Source of the DNA: a virus
Lineage: Duplodnaviria > Caudoviricetes
Direction: 5' to 3' (one strand)
Virus record (IMG/VR): IMGVR_UViG_3300028638_000008
Location: 1-64,000 of that record
Length of the DNA stretch: 64,000 nucleotides
A program made the position numbers and the translations under genes. Every line of letters starts with the position of its first letter. Within the stretch, counting starts at the first letter, position 1. The notes beneath the pieces are model-generated. The model ran no database searches, was not told the origin of the DNA, and was given only the letters and a program-made list of their open reading frames with translations. This document shows positions 18,708 through 28,764 of the stretch, piece by piece.

Positions 18708-19892
18708 ATGGCTAATTTGCAGGAACAGCTCCAAGATATTTACCTTGCGAGGGCTTTCGACCTCGAAAAGGTGAAAAACGCAAGCGCGAAAGACATCAGC
18801 AAGATTCTTGAATCTTTGATAGCCGAAATTATCAGAGAGCTTGAATCTGTTGACCCAACGGGCGTTCAGCGTTCAGCCTATCAACAAGAGCGATTGAATA
18901 AGCTTTTTAATATGGCTGACAAAACGATTAAAAGCCAATACAAGCTGATTGCGGGTAATATGACAACCGAACTGATGACGCTTGCCGAAATTGAATCAAT
19001 GTTTGCGGCAAAGGCTATAAATAGCGTTTTAAAGGTCGATTTGGTTGATTATGCCTTGTCGCGTGAAGTGCTTGAAGAATTGGCAAAAGATACGCTGATT
19101 CAGGGTGCGCCGTCGTCAGAATGGTGGGCAAAGCAAGCCTCGTCATTGCAAGATGAATTTAAGCGCGTTATGCGTGTATCAGTCGCACGTGGCGAAACTT
19201 TGGGGCAGATGACAGCAAGAATCAAGGGCACTCAAGATGTTACAAAGTTGGGTGTGAAGGGTAAAGTGCCGGGCGTTACTGATGAGATGTTAAGGGCGGC
19301 GTTGGGCGAGCCGGGCATGATTAAGAAGGCTAATCGTAACGCTAAGGCGCTTGTGAAAAGCAGCTATCAGGCGGTTATGGGCAGTGCCAGAATGGAGGTT
19401 TATAAGCAAAATAGCGATGTAATTAAGGGTGTCGAGTATATGGCAACTCTCGACAATCGCACAACTCTGCTCTGCCGGGCTTATGACGGGTCACAGTGGT
19501 CGTCTGATGGGCAACCAATCGGCAAAACAAAGCTACCGTTTAAACAGCCCCCAACCGACACGCACTGGGGATGTCGGTCGATTTTACTGCCTATCATGCG
19601 AAGCCTTTCAGAGATTCTCAACATCCCCGGAATACCTGATATTCCTAAGTCTAGCCGCTCTGCATTCTCTGAAACAGGCATGCGCGGCCAGATTTCAGGA
19701 GATATTAACTTTGAAAAGTTTATGCGCAGCATGGCTCCCGAAGAAGGCCGCAAGGTGATAGGCAAAAAACGATATGAACTTTGGTCGAGCGGTAAAATTA
19801 CGCTTCAGGACATGCTCAACTCTGAGGGCAACGTAATGACGTTAAAACAGCTCAAAGATAAGACCGAAAAGGGTTTATTTTGGGCTGATTAA
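18708..19892 (+). CDS. Minor head protein (SPP1 gp7 / Mu F-like)
   Basis: ATLDNRTTLLCRAYDG...PP..HWGCRS. Confidence 0.85.
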   Translation: MANLQEQLQDIYLARAFDLEKVKNASAKDISKILESLIAEIIRELESVDPTGVQRSAYQQERLNKLFNMADKTIKSQYKLIAGNMTTELMTLAEIESMFAAKAINSVLKVDLVDYALSREVLEELAKDTLIQGAPSSEWWAKQASSLQDEFKRVMRVSVARGETLGQMTARIKGTQDVTKLGVKGKVPGVTDEMLRAALGEPGMIKKANRNAKALVKSSYQAVMGSARMEVYKQNSDVIKGVEYMATLDNRTTLLCRAYDGSQWSSDGQPIGKTKLPFKQPPTDTHWGCRSILLPIMRSLSEILNIPGIPDIPKSSRSAFSETGMRGQISGDINFEKFMRSMAPEEGRKVIGKKRYELWSSGKITLQDMLNSEGNVMTLKQLKDKTEKGLFWAD

Positions 19893-19903
19893 GGGGTTTT
19901 ACG

Positions 19904-20725
19904 ATGAACTTAACAACCGGCCTGATTCACAATAAAACTAACCCGGTTTTCAATGACCCTATCGGCGCGGGCCTATTTAAAATGCCTGAAAAGCTGATTG
20001 AAGCCATAAAGCCGCGCAATCATCAGGAAGCTTTTATCGTTGGTTGCTCTCCGACTTTGCATAAACTCACTGACACGCAATTAAACCGCATTAAAGCAGG
20101 CTTTTCTATTGGCACAAGCTCTATTGCATTATTCAGCGGCTTAATGGTAGATTTAATGACGGCAGAATGTGGCCCGTTTGTCGAAACTGATACAAGCAAG
20201 GCTGTGTTAGATGCAATAAGTAGCCGATATAACCGCAGCGACCGGCTTTTGCTTGTTAAAGATGCCTTTTTCGACAAAACAAGCGATTGTCAAGACCTGA
20301 TTAACGCTTGTAAGAAAGCCGATAAACTTAACCGCTTTATCACGCCAGACTATTTCATGCCCGGCCACGATACAGAGCGATTGCAGGCAAATTATGCAGC
20401 GTTCTTTAAGGCTTTGGGCGATAACGTGCCGCCGTTCTTCATTCGTCGCCGCGCTTCAATCTCGATGATGCTTTTTATTCTGCTTTGCGCGGGGTTTAAA
20501 AGAGTTCATTTTGTGGCTTACGAGCTTGAAAGTAATGACTACTATTATGGTGCAGAGAACACCGCAATTCACCTAACTGAAGATGCCCGCTTTGGCTTGC
20601 CCGTTTCAGATGTTATCGGCGCGTTGATTCGTGGGTATAATTCAGTTGCAAAAGAACCGGCAGAGATTTTATCTTATGGCGGGCGATTGGTTAAAAAGGG
20701 AATTGCAAAAGATTTTGAATTGTGA
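19904..20725 (+). CDS. Putative MptE/DUF115 or sialyltransferase-like nucleotide-sugar enzyme
   Basis: AFIVGCSPTL and S..MLFILLCAGFKRVHFVAYE resemble the IxGNGPS...S....A..LG..EI.L.G pattern. Confidence 0.45.
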   Translation: MNLTTGLIHNKTNPVFNDPIGAGLFKMPEKLIEAIKPRNHQEAFIVGCSPTLHKLTDTQLNRIKAGFSIGTSSIALFSGLMVDLMTAECGPFVETDTSKAVLDAISSRYNRSDRLLLVKDAFFDKTSDCQDLINACKKADKLNRFITPDYFMPGHDTERLQANYAAFFKALGDNVPPFFIRRRASISMMLFILLCAGFKRVHFVAYELESNDYYYGAENTAIHLTEDARFGLPVSDVIGALIRGYNSVAKEPAEILSYGGRLVKKGIAKDFEL

Positions 20726-20746
20726 TAACATGGCGCGGGGGTATTT

Positions 20747-21952
20747 ATGAACTTTCTCTTGAGCTTTTGGCACGACGAAAACTGGCAATCAAGCTACACC
20801 GCCGCCGATGTAGCCCTTTATGCCGATATGATAAGGCGCAACTACAAAAAGCCATGCAAGATTTATTGCGTGACCGATAAACCTGAAAGCTTGCGTAAAG
20901 ACATCATACCGCTGCCGATGTATCGCGACTTCTGCGAGTTAGGGCGCTGTTACCGGCGTTTATCGGTATTCGCGCCTGATTTCTGCGATGTGATACCGGG
21001 TAAGTTTTGTTCAGTTGATCTTGATTGCGTGATAACCGGCGATTTAACCGACTTGCTCGACAATTCGCCTGATTTTGCTATCTGCAAAGACTATCAGCCG
21101 CCGCAACCGTATAACGGTAGCTTTTTCGTGCTTAAACCGGGCGCAAGGCCGCAGGTTTATGAGCAATTCAAAGCTGACCCGCAAGGCGTAGCCGATAGAG
21201 CGCATAAAATGGGTTTTACGGCCTGTGACCAATCGGTTTTGGCATATATTCTTGATGATGAGCGCGTATTTTCAGAATCAGACGGCTTCTACAGCTACAA
21301 ATACAATATCAAGCGCCAATTTAACGGCAACCTACCTGAAAATGCAAGATTTATCGCTTTTCACGGGCACCCGAAGCCGTCAGAAGTTAATCTGCCGTGG
21401 GTTAAGCGGTATTATCGACCTTCCAAGCGTGCTATCGTTCTAGGCGGTGGCCCCGGCGTTTGGCAGGAACTTGAAGCCCTTGGCAACGTCAAAGACTCTG
21501 CCTCGGTCTTTGCCGTTAATGACTCAATCGCGGCGTATTCGGGCAAGATTGATTATGCAATCACGCTGCACCCCGAAAAGATGCCGAAATGGAAACAGGC
21601 ACGCGAAAATAACGGCTATGACATGGCCCTTAAATCTATCGGCTTCGGCAGGCGCGGCTTTTCAATTCCCAAAGAAACCGATTATTATCTTGATTATTGG
21701 TATCAAGATGGTGTAAAATGTTCAAGTGGTTCTAGTGGGTTGTTTGCGGTTAAGGCGGCCCTTGAACTTGGCTTTGATGATGTTATTCTCTGCGGCGTGC
21801 CGATGGACGGCGGTATTAACATTCACAGGGGCAAAGAATGGACTGATTTTAAGGGCTACCGCGACGCGTGGCTTGAGCAGTTGCCACGGCTCAAGGGGCG
21901 CGTGTTCTCGCAGAGCGGCTGGACGAAAGACTTGCTTGGTTCATTTATTTAA
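20747..21952 (+). CDS. Glycosyltransferase (GT-A, DxD) fused to an MptE/DUF115-like domain
   Basis: SVDLDCVITG, YNGSFF, DQ..L, FHG.PKP; C-domain AIVLGGGP...FAVN...SSGLFAVKAALELGFDDVILCG. Confidence 0.7.
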   Translation: MNFLLSFWHDENWQSSYTAADVALYADMIRRNYKKPCKIYCVTDKPESLRKDIIPLPMYRDFCELGRCYRRLSVFAPDFCDVIPGKFCSVDLDCVITGDLTDLLDNSPDFAICKDYQPPQPYNGSFFVLKPGARPQVYEQFKADPQGVADRAHKMGFTACDQSVLAYILDDERVFSESDGFYSYKYNIKRQFNGNLPENARFIAFHGHPKPSEVNLPWVKRYYRPSKRAIVLGGGPGVWQELEALGNVKDSASVFAVNDSIAAYSGKIDYAITLHPEKMPKWKQARENNGYDMALKSIGFGRRGFSIPKETDYYLDYWYQDGVKCSSGSSGLFAVKAALELGFDDVILCGVPMDGGINIHRGKEWTDFKGYRDAWLEQLPRLKGRVFSQSGWTKDLLGSFI

Positions 21953-22007
21953 CACGTTCATTTTTTATGAACAGGCCGGATTTTGAACAATAAAAGGGGA
22001 TAGTAAT

Positions 22008-22121
22008 ATGTGGCCCGAAAATGACAACGATAAACTCGTGGCAATTATTGCCGTAGCCGCCTTTTCTTCATTAGCCATTGCGTTGATTTGTGATACTTTG
22101 GTTAAGGTTTTCGCGAAATAG
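22008..22121 (+). CDS. Small membrane peptide (37 aa)
   Basis: MWPENDNDKLVAIIAVAAFSSLAIALICDTLVKVFAK; GGGGA RBS. Confidence 0.4.
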   Translation: MWPENDNDKLVAIIAVAAFSSLAIALICDTLVKVFAK

Positions 22122-22131
22122 GGGGGAATTT

Positions 22132-22332
22132 ATGGTTTGCGTTAAAAACATTATTGCCTTTATTCTGACCACTATTATACTCGTGGTCATGTTTTTGCCC
22201 GGTTATTTTTTGTATTTTACAAGCAAACTGCTTCGGGCGCTTGGCTATCTGATGATTATGCGGCCGTTGAGTGCAAGGCAAGAGTTGCAGAATTTTTGGT
22301 CTATTGAATATGTTTTGGGCGATATAAGATGA
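22132..22332 (+). CDS. Small membrane protein
   Basis: GGGGGA RBS; hydrophobic N-terminus. Confidence 0.45.
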   Translation: MVCVKNIIAFILTTIILVVMFLPGYFLYFTSKLLRALGYLMIMRPLSARQELQNFWSIEYVLGDIR

Positions 22333-22601
22333 AATTCCCGTCAAAAAAGATTATCCAGAAGCAACGCAAACGCCTTAATATTCAGCTTGGCGTAAACACG
22401 CCTTGTATTGTTAAATTTTGGCGTAAGCAAAGAAAAGCATGGCGGCAAAGTTATGTTGAAATGACCGCGCTTGAATATTGGAATGGTGCCTATAAAAATT
22501 ATGTAATTCGAGCGCAAGAGCCTTATACTTGCGTCGTTTATGTTTGCAAGCGCAAAAAGCCGTTAAGCAAGAAAGGTAAATGGCATGCCAAAAGCACTTG
22601 A
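22329..22601 (+). CDS. Basic hypothetical protein
   Basis: ORF track, ATGA-coupled. Confidence 0.45.
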   Translation: MKFPSKKIIQKQRKRLNIQLGVNTPCIVKFWRKQRKAWRQSYVEMTALEYWNGAYKNYVIRAQEPYTCVVYVCKRKKPLSKKGKWHAKST

Positions 22602-22722
22602 AGAAAAGTTGAAAAAAGAAGCCAAGAAAAAAGGCTTAACCGGGGCTGAATTTGATGCCTATGTTTACGGGGCGCTCAGAAAAGCCGGGTGGGTGCCGAA
22701 GGTTAAACGCTCAAAAAGATAG
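22585..22722 (+). CDS. Small basic phage protein (45 aa)
   Basis: MPKALEEKLKKEAKKKGLTGAEFDAYVYGALRKAGWVPKVKRSKR; AAAGG RBS. Confidence 0.55.
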   Translation: MPKALEEKLKKEAKKKGLTGAEFDAYVYGALRKAGWVPKVKRSKR

Positions 22723-22750
22723 AACAACTTAGTTTTAAACTGGGTTGAAC

Positions 22751-22809
22751 GCCTCGCAGTAATGCGGGGCTTTTCTTTTATGGGCAAAGAAAAAGCCCCT
22801 TTCGGGGCT
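22751..22809. terminator. Back-to-back terminators of convergent late and early blocks
   Basis: GCCTCGCA-GTAA-TGCGGGGC-TTTT (+) and AGCCCC-TTTC-GGGGCT with a T-tract on the minus strand. Confidence 0.75.
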
Positions 22810-23324
22810 GGTGTTTAATTCATTCCTTTATACATATTATTTAAAAGGTCAAGATTTTCTCTTGCGATTTTAAACTCTTTTTCAAAGCCTTCTTTGGCCT
22901 TGGTCATCAGCATATTTGCCGAATAGCACATCAGATTATGAGCTGTCATGTCGATTCTCTTTTTCATTTCTTCTTTATTTGTCCAGTAATTCATTTTGGC
23001 ACCTCGTTTTTTATTTTGTAAGTTTGTTTTCCTTACATACCTAGTATAATCATTTCGGTTTTGTTTTGCAAGCATTATTTTAAATATTTTTTTTGCATGA
23101 CAAAACGGCCCCTTTCGGAGCCGCTTATAATCAACGTTTCAGCCTGTAATTTTTTTTATGATTTTCTCACAAACTTCATATTTTTTTTGCTCATTTTTAT
23201 TTTTGTCTGCCATTTCACAAAATCCAGACATGCTTAAATGGCTTTCTAGGATTTCGCGCAATGCGTTTGCTTCAACGGTGTCTAGGGTGAATTTAATCAT
23301 GGTTTTCCTTTCGGGGCTGGTGTT
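22798..23324. repeat. 18-nt direct repeat CCTTTCGGGGCTGGTGTT (22798-22815, 23307-23324) bracketing two small genes
   Basis: Identical copies 509 nt apart. Confidence 0.8.
23043..23071 (-). promoter_or_regulatory. Early promoter
   Basis: TTGCAA-17nt-TATACT. Confidence 0.7.
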
Positions 23325-23333
23325 AGGATTTGA

Positions 23334-24446
23334 TTAGCTTCCAATCACGCTAACATCAACAACCTCGCCGAAATTTTCAGCTAGAATCTGCTTCAGGCCA
23401 TTAGTTGCATCTTCGGCGGTTGCACTTATATCGCAGCAAAGCTTGATTTTGGCAGTCATAAAGAAAACTTTCGTCTGATGGGGTTTTTCTTTTGGTTCCG
23501 GCTTTGCTTCCCGTTCCATTTCAGCAAGTGCAAGCTCGATAGCCTGCTGTCTGCGTTGTTCTTCTGCTTCTGCGGCACGTTTTTCAGCGGCTTCGATTTC
23601 GCGCTTTGCTGCTTCAAGTTCTTCTGCTGCCTTTCTTGCGGCAGCGTTGGCTTCATGTTCAGCCTTCAGGCGCTCATTTTCTGCTTTCTGTTCTGCTTCT
23701 CTGATTGCCCTCGCAGCGGCTTCGGCGGCCTCTCTTTCTTTGCGTTCTGCTTCTGCTTTCATGCGCGCTTCGATAGCCTTCTGGCGGCTGATTTCGGTAT
23801 CAATCATGCGGTTCAGCTTATCGGTGTAAATCGCTTCAGGTTCACGAATGAAGGCCATGATTGCATCAGGATTGATTGCAGGCTCAAGCCCGGCGCGTTT
23901 ACAGATACTTTCGAGATTCGCGATACGCGAATTAACAGTATCCTGCACGTTTTTGTCTGCCTGCACCATTTCAAGCACTGCATCAGTGGCTTTCTTTGTC
24001 AGCTTCATATTGCCTGTCAGATTACTTGAAATTGCAAGCTTGTCGATGTTTGCGGTTCTATATTCCGGCGATACCGCAAGAGCTTCATAGAGCCGCGTTA
24101 ATTCTTCGGTGAGCAGCTTTTTGCAAAGTTCGCGCACTTTGTTTTCGTAAACTTCGGTCTGCGCAATAATCTTAGCGCGGCCTTCAAGAATCAGGGTCGT
24201 CAGCTCTTTTACTTTTGCCTCAAAAGCAACGACGGGCGCTTTAAATTCGGTTGCTTTGGCCTTTCTTACATCATCAATCTGCTTTGCCAGTTTGTTAAGG
24301 TCTGTTGCCATCTTTTTTGCTTCTGCAAGGTTTTCATCGGTTACGGCAATCTCGAAGGTTTTCAGGTTCTCGATAAGTTCGGCTTTGATTTCGTCGAAGT
24401 TGCCGGTAATGTCGATTGGTGACGCGGTGATGATTAGTTCATTCAT
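23334..24446 (-). CDS. DUF1351-family coiled-coil protein
   Basis: NFDEIKAEL...VTDENLAEAKKMATDLNKL...IDDVRK...F.AP. Confidence 0.7.
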   Translation of the reverse strand: MNELIITASPIDITGNFDEIKAELIENLKTFEIAVTDENLAEAKKMATDLNKLAKQIDDVRKAKATEFKAPVVAFEAKVKELTTLILEGRAKIIAQTEVYENKVRELCKKLLTEELTRLYEALAVSPEYRTANIDKLAISSNLTGNMKLTKKATDAVLEMVQADKNVQDTVNSRIANLESICKRAGLEPAINPDAIMAFIREPEAIYTDKLNRMIDTEISRQKAIEARMKAEAERKEREAAEAAARAIREAEQKAENERLKAEHEANAAARKAAEELEAAKREIEAAEKRAAEAEEQRRQQAIELALAEMEREAKPEPKEKPHQTKVFFMTAKIKLCCDISATAEDATNGLKQILAENFGEVVDVSVIGS

Positions 24447-25680
24447 AGAAAATACCTCTTTTCATAAAGTTAAGTTATTAAAACACAAATTAGGTCAGAT
24501 TTCAAGCGTTTTTGCACGATAACATCATCAATGTTAAAGTGCAGACTTCTTGTTATTCCAGTATTCAAAATCCTCAATCTCAGCCGCAAGCACGGCAAAA
24601 GCAAAATAAACATCTTGCTGCGTTTCTTGCGCGTGGTTGATAGTATTTACCGCCTTTTCAATTTCAACGCAATCTTGCCCAGTTTCCGCGCAACGGATTA
24701 GTATCGCATGGGCAAGGGTTAGTAGTTCGTCGTTAGTCATTGACTTCTAACTCATGTATGCGATATTTACAAGTCGCCGAACTATAAATCAGGCCAAGGC
24801 CGTGACTCATAGGCTTATCGGCGCGGGATTCTACCCACAAGATAGCCTCGTCGATGTTTTTAAAGGCGAAGCTAGAAAGTTTGTCGTTGGCTGTGATTGC
24901 ATAGATTTTCATTTATCTTCTACCTCTAACATTTTTTCAACTTGTCGCATTTCGTGCGCAAAGCGCATTGAAAGTTCGTGCAGCATTGCCCGAAGCGCAA
25001 GCTTTTTTGTTGAATACATGTAAATTGGTTGTTGCGAGGTGGTTTTATCAGTAATGCCTATCGCATGACCAACAGAAGAAGAACAAGCAACGCAAACAGT
25101 TTTTGAATATGTGTTGAACACGTAGCCGATTGTTAACTTGTTAAAAGAATCAATACTTGTTGTAGGCGGCGCAACATCTGGCAAAACTTCCGGCCAATGT
25201 TTCAGCGCAAGCATTGTTTTAAGTTTTTCAAATTCTTTTTGTTCGGTTTTGTTCATTTCAATTTCCCCTTAATCCAATCCTCTAGGTGGTCGCCGCAAAG
25301 CTCGACCAGAGTTGAGAACGCGCCTACAAGGGCGATTGCAAGAAGCAGCGCGATGAAGTTAAGCATGGTTTGTCCTTTCGGTATGCGGGGCTTTCGCCCC
25401 GCTTCTGGTTGTTACAGGCTCAGGTAGAGGCCGGTTTCGGTTTCAAATGTGTTTTTCAGCATATCGGCATAAAGGCCGCCGAAGCGGGCCTTGTAATCAA
25501 TCTCTGCCGTGTATTTGATTAAAAACATGCCTTGCATATCGTTCAGTCTGTTCGCGGGTTGTTAGGTCTGAATGAACTATGAAGGCATCGCCCCTCAAGT
25601 CATCAAGCGCCGGGTAAGTAGCGACGCTTCTCTTGAAATCATCATTTGCATCAAAGAAAATCACCGCTACTTGCTGCATG

Positions 25681-26253
25681 TTAGCCTCTTTTCGTGACTA
25701 CCGGGCAAATCATGGGCGATGCTTCTGCGACCACTTTCAGAACCGCAAATTTCTGATTGTGCTTTTTGCAGAGTCTTTCGGCTTCTTTGATTGCCTCAAC
25801 TTCTGAATAGTGCTGTTTCGGCACGTCGGCGGGCTTCAATCCGTCTAATTCTGAGAGGCAAACGATGAATTTATCGGCTTCTTTGAACGGCGAATGTTTT
25901 ATAATATTGCTTGTTGCCATAAGAATCGAAGCCATTTCTTTTGCTGTAGAATCGCTCCTCTTACCGGCCATAAGCGTTTCTGTTGGCGTCGTTCCGCGCG
26001 TGGCTTCTACTTTTGCCAGCTTGATTTTTTCAGGCTTCTTTTTCGGCGTGACTTTTTTCAAAATCATTTTATAAGAAACGCTACACGTTGGCGCGCCAAA
26101 TGCCGCTTCAAAAACTTTTGCATTGTCGGTGCTTGCTTTACAAGTTGCAATACCATCTATGCAAAACGCGCAATCATTGCAATTATATCCCTTCTGCGGC
26201 ACCGCCACATATTCAACCCCATCAATCACGATCTTTTTACCATAAACGCTCAC
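25681..26253 (-). CDS. Hypothetical protein with an N-terminal Cys cluster
   Basis: CNDCAFC...C. Confidence 0.55.
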   Translation of the reverse strand: MSVYGKKIVIDGVEYVAVPQKGYNCNDCAFCIDGIATCKASTDNAKVFEAAFGAPTCSVSYKMILKKVTPKKKPEKIKLAKVEATRGTTPTETLMAGKRSDSTAKEMASILMATSNIIKHSPFKEADKFIVCLSELDGLKPADVPKQHYSEVEAIKEAERLCKKHNQKFAVLKVVAEASPMICPVVTKRG

Positions 26254-26375
26254 TTCTTAACCTCCACGTTTTTCATAAAATTCTTATCAATCAGAACCGC
26301 GCCGGTATCAAAATAGTCACCGCGCTCGCAACCAACACAGAATAACATAAGCACAATCAGGATTGCAAGCTTCAT
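26250..26375 (-). CDS. Tiny lipoprotein (41 aa, not in ORF track)
   Basis: MKLAILIVLMLFCVGC|ERG... lipobox; coupled to flanking genes. Confidence 0.55.
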   Translation of the reverse strand: MKLAILIVLMLFCVGCERGDYFDTGAVLIDKNFMKNVEVKK

Positions 26376-26608
26376 CTGTAAATACTCATGTAATTCAAGT
26401 AATTGATGATTGCATTCAGCTTGCTATCAAGTTCAGCAGTTGTCGAACCGACCTGATTATTTATCATTGTTTCGATTTCCTGCTTTGCAACAACCATTTC
26501 AGCGGCGATTTCGGCGCGTGTTTCGTCGCCCTCTTTGTCAATCTGGTTTGAAATGGGATTATTGCACCCGGTTAGCATTAAAAGGCCGATTAATAGCAGT
26601 TTTTTTAT
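26372..26608 (-). CDS. Lipoprotein, apparent ATA start at 26608
   Basis: In-frame ATA-KKLLLIGLLMLTGC signal peptide; GGAG RBS; overlaps the upstream TAA. Confidence 0.55.
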   Translation of the reverse strand: MKKLLLIGLLMLTGCNNPISNQIDKEGDETRAEIAAEMVVAKQEIETMINNQVGSTTAELDSKLNAIINYLNYMSIYR

Positions 26609-27579
26609 TTTGTTTTCTCCTCTTTGTATTTAATCGTAAAAGTAAATGTTTGGGTTATTTCTGGTTCATAAAACGTTATCAATAACTTGTCTTTGTAATA
26701 AAATCTTGTTTCTTTGACTGTTCTTTCTGCTCTTGCATCTCGCAAAAATTCGTTTTGAGTTAAACCGTGATTTTTACAGGCATTAAGCAAGATTTCATCG
26801 CGTTTTGAATATAGACTTTTTGCTGCGCCTTTTATGATTTCGGTTATAACATCATTTGCTATGTATTTTTCAAATTCTGTGTTCATTTTGTTTTCTCCTT
26901 CAAATCTTCTTTCAACCGTCTTAAAAACGATTCTTCTCCATCATCGCCGCTGACAAGGTAATCAATGCGATGCACGTAAACATCGGCTTGTTTCAGCAAC
27001 TTAACAGCCTTTTTAAACTCTTTGATAACCTCTGGCGGGTAGAACTTGCCTCGTGGCGTCCCCCATTCGTTTAAATCGGTGTCGTTGTTACTTCTGATTA
27101 GTTCTTCGATTTCCCGCGCAATCTCGCCGATGTGATAATTGCCGGGGAAGTGGCCGCCGCTCATTCTGACAACTCCTTTATTTTGTTTTCAAGCTCATCA
27201 GCGTTTCTACTTATTTCCTCTGCAAGCTCATAAATCTCAGACAGCCACAACGCTTCATTTTGGCCGTTATCTTCTATTTTCTTCTGTATCATGTAAGACC
27301 AGTCTAATATGTCACCTATTTTGCTCATTCTTTACCACCTTTCAAGTGCTTTTCAATATCTTTAATCACAATGCCATGCTTGCAAGCGCCGCAATGCTCG
27401 CCAACGCCTTCATTTTCACAGTAAAGATGCGCCCGTATTTTGCCCATTGCAGTTCTCAGCCTTGCCAATTCTTTTATATACCGCTTAACTTCTCTGTCGT
27501 GTGCTAATTCTTCTTTGGCGATTCCTTCGGTTATTGAATCAAGTAATTCCATTGCTGCTAGCGTTTTTGGGTTCATTCT

Positions 27580-28395
27580 CTACCACCTTTCTGCCAGCTC
27601 TCGCAGGCTTTTAATCCGCTTATGCCCGACATAATACCGCTGATTATGTTTTGCGTCCATCAAAAAACAGCAGATGCCTTGTTTTGTGAGTTCTACAAAC
27701 GTCTGCATATTGTCGTCAACAAACCAATCGAGTTTTAAATCTTTGATAAAATCAGCCTTTTTCTCGCCGCTTGAAACAGTAATCACCGGCGCAATAGGGA
27801 AGCCGTGAAGATTCAACCATTCTTGAGTCCACTCATTAGGTATCAAGCGGCTGGTGATGTATGCAGCGGGTTCAAATGGCAATTCCTCGGGCTTAATCAG
27901 CGGCTCGATATTCAACCAAAAAGCTTTATCTTGCGATAATTCTTTCATTCTTTCGGGAAAAAGCGGGTCGAAGTTCCAACAATGCGGGGTCGGTATGTTG
28001 TAGCGGGTGCAATAGGCCGGAACAAAGCCCGCTATTGTTTCGTCTATATCTAGGCCAATTCGCGGGATTTTCATATATCGGTGTTGTCGGTCGTCGCCTT
28101 GCGGGTAGTAGCGATAAAAGCTCACAAGAGCCAATGCATTCCAAGCCGCATGAATCATGTGTAGATTGCCACTCTCAGGATCATTATCTTCGCCGCGCTC
28201 AAAAGCTGAAATATGCCTTTTAAGGCTTGCTAGAACTGTAGACCATGCCTGACCTTTTGACCAGTTGTTATCGCCGTATTTTTCAGCGCCCATTGTGTAA
28301 ACCTTGGCAAGCTCTTGAATTTGCCAAGGGTCTATTAAATCATGGCGTAGTTTTCCAGTGTTGAATCTCTTGCCTTCGTGTTTTTGTTCGATCAT
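27580..28395 (-). CDS. dATP/dGTP diphosphohydrolase-like domain (DUF5664) fused to a HAD 5'-nucleotidase-like domain
   Basis: K...GK.R.DL...GAEKYGDNNW.KG...RH....GE..DPESG..H..HAAWN; DIDETI and FVDDN. Confidence 0.78.
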   Translation of the reverse strand: MIEQKHEGKRFNTGKLRHDLIDPWQIQELAKVYTMGAEKYGDNNWSKGQAWSTVLASLKRHISAFERGEDNDPESGNLHMIHAAWNALALVSFYRYYPQGDDRQHRYMKIPRIGLDIDETIAGFVPAYCTRYNIPTPHCWNFDPLFPERMKELSQDKAFWLNIEPLIKPEELPFEPAAYITSRLIPNEWTQEWLNLHGFPIAPVITVSSGEKKADFIKDLKLDWFVDDNMQTFVELTKQGICCFLMDAKHNQRYYVGHKRIKSLRELAERW

Positions 28396-28764
28396 TTCGT
28401 CCCTCTATTTTTCAATTCGTCTTTTAATGAATCCTGAAAAGAAAGCTCAACGCCGTTAGATTCTTTCCATACAAAGGTCAGCGCGTCATAACAGCCATAC
28501 TCGTGATTTTCTGTATAAACGATAGCATCTTGCGGCATTTTCTGCAATTCTGCAATCAGTTCTTTAACGGTCATTCTTCATGCCCCCAATCTAACAAAAC
28601 ACCGGTCAGGCCATCGCCCTGATAATGCGATTCGCTTCCGGCTATATCAACAACACGGCCAATCGGTGCGGCCACATAACCATCATCATCAAAATAAACC
28701 TTTGCATCCATCGGGAATTTTTGAAGTTTTTCAATAAGTTCTTTTACCGTTAATTCAATATTTT

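Noticed and set aside
23478-24090. Long opposite-strand ORFs (e.g. 23478..24029, 31941..32420, 36786..37271, 42579..43169)
   Set aside because: Shadow ORFs antisense to well-supported genes, without RBS or motifs.
25420-25545. Short frame ending ...LYADMLKNTFETETGLYLSL, resembling the C-terminus of a common phage protein
   Set aside because: Only a ~40-codon fragment overlapping another ORF; too weak to call.
27580-28395. 2-aminoadenine (Z) genome suggested by DUF5664
   Set aside because: No PurZ, DatZ or DNA polymerase gene is recognisable.
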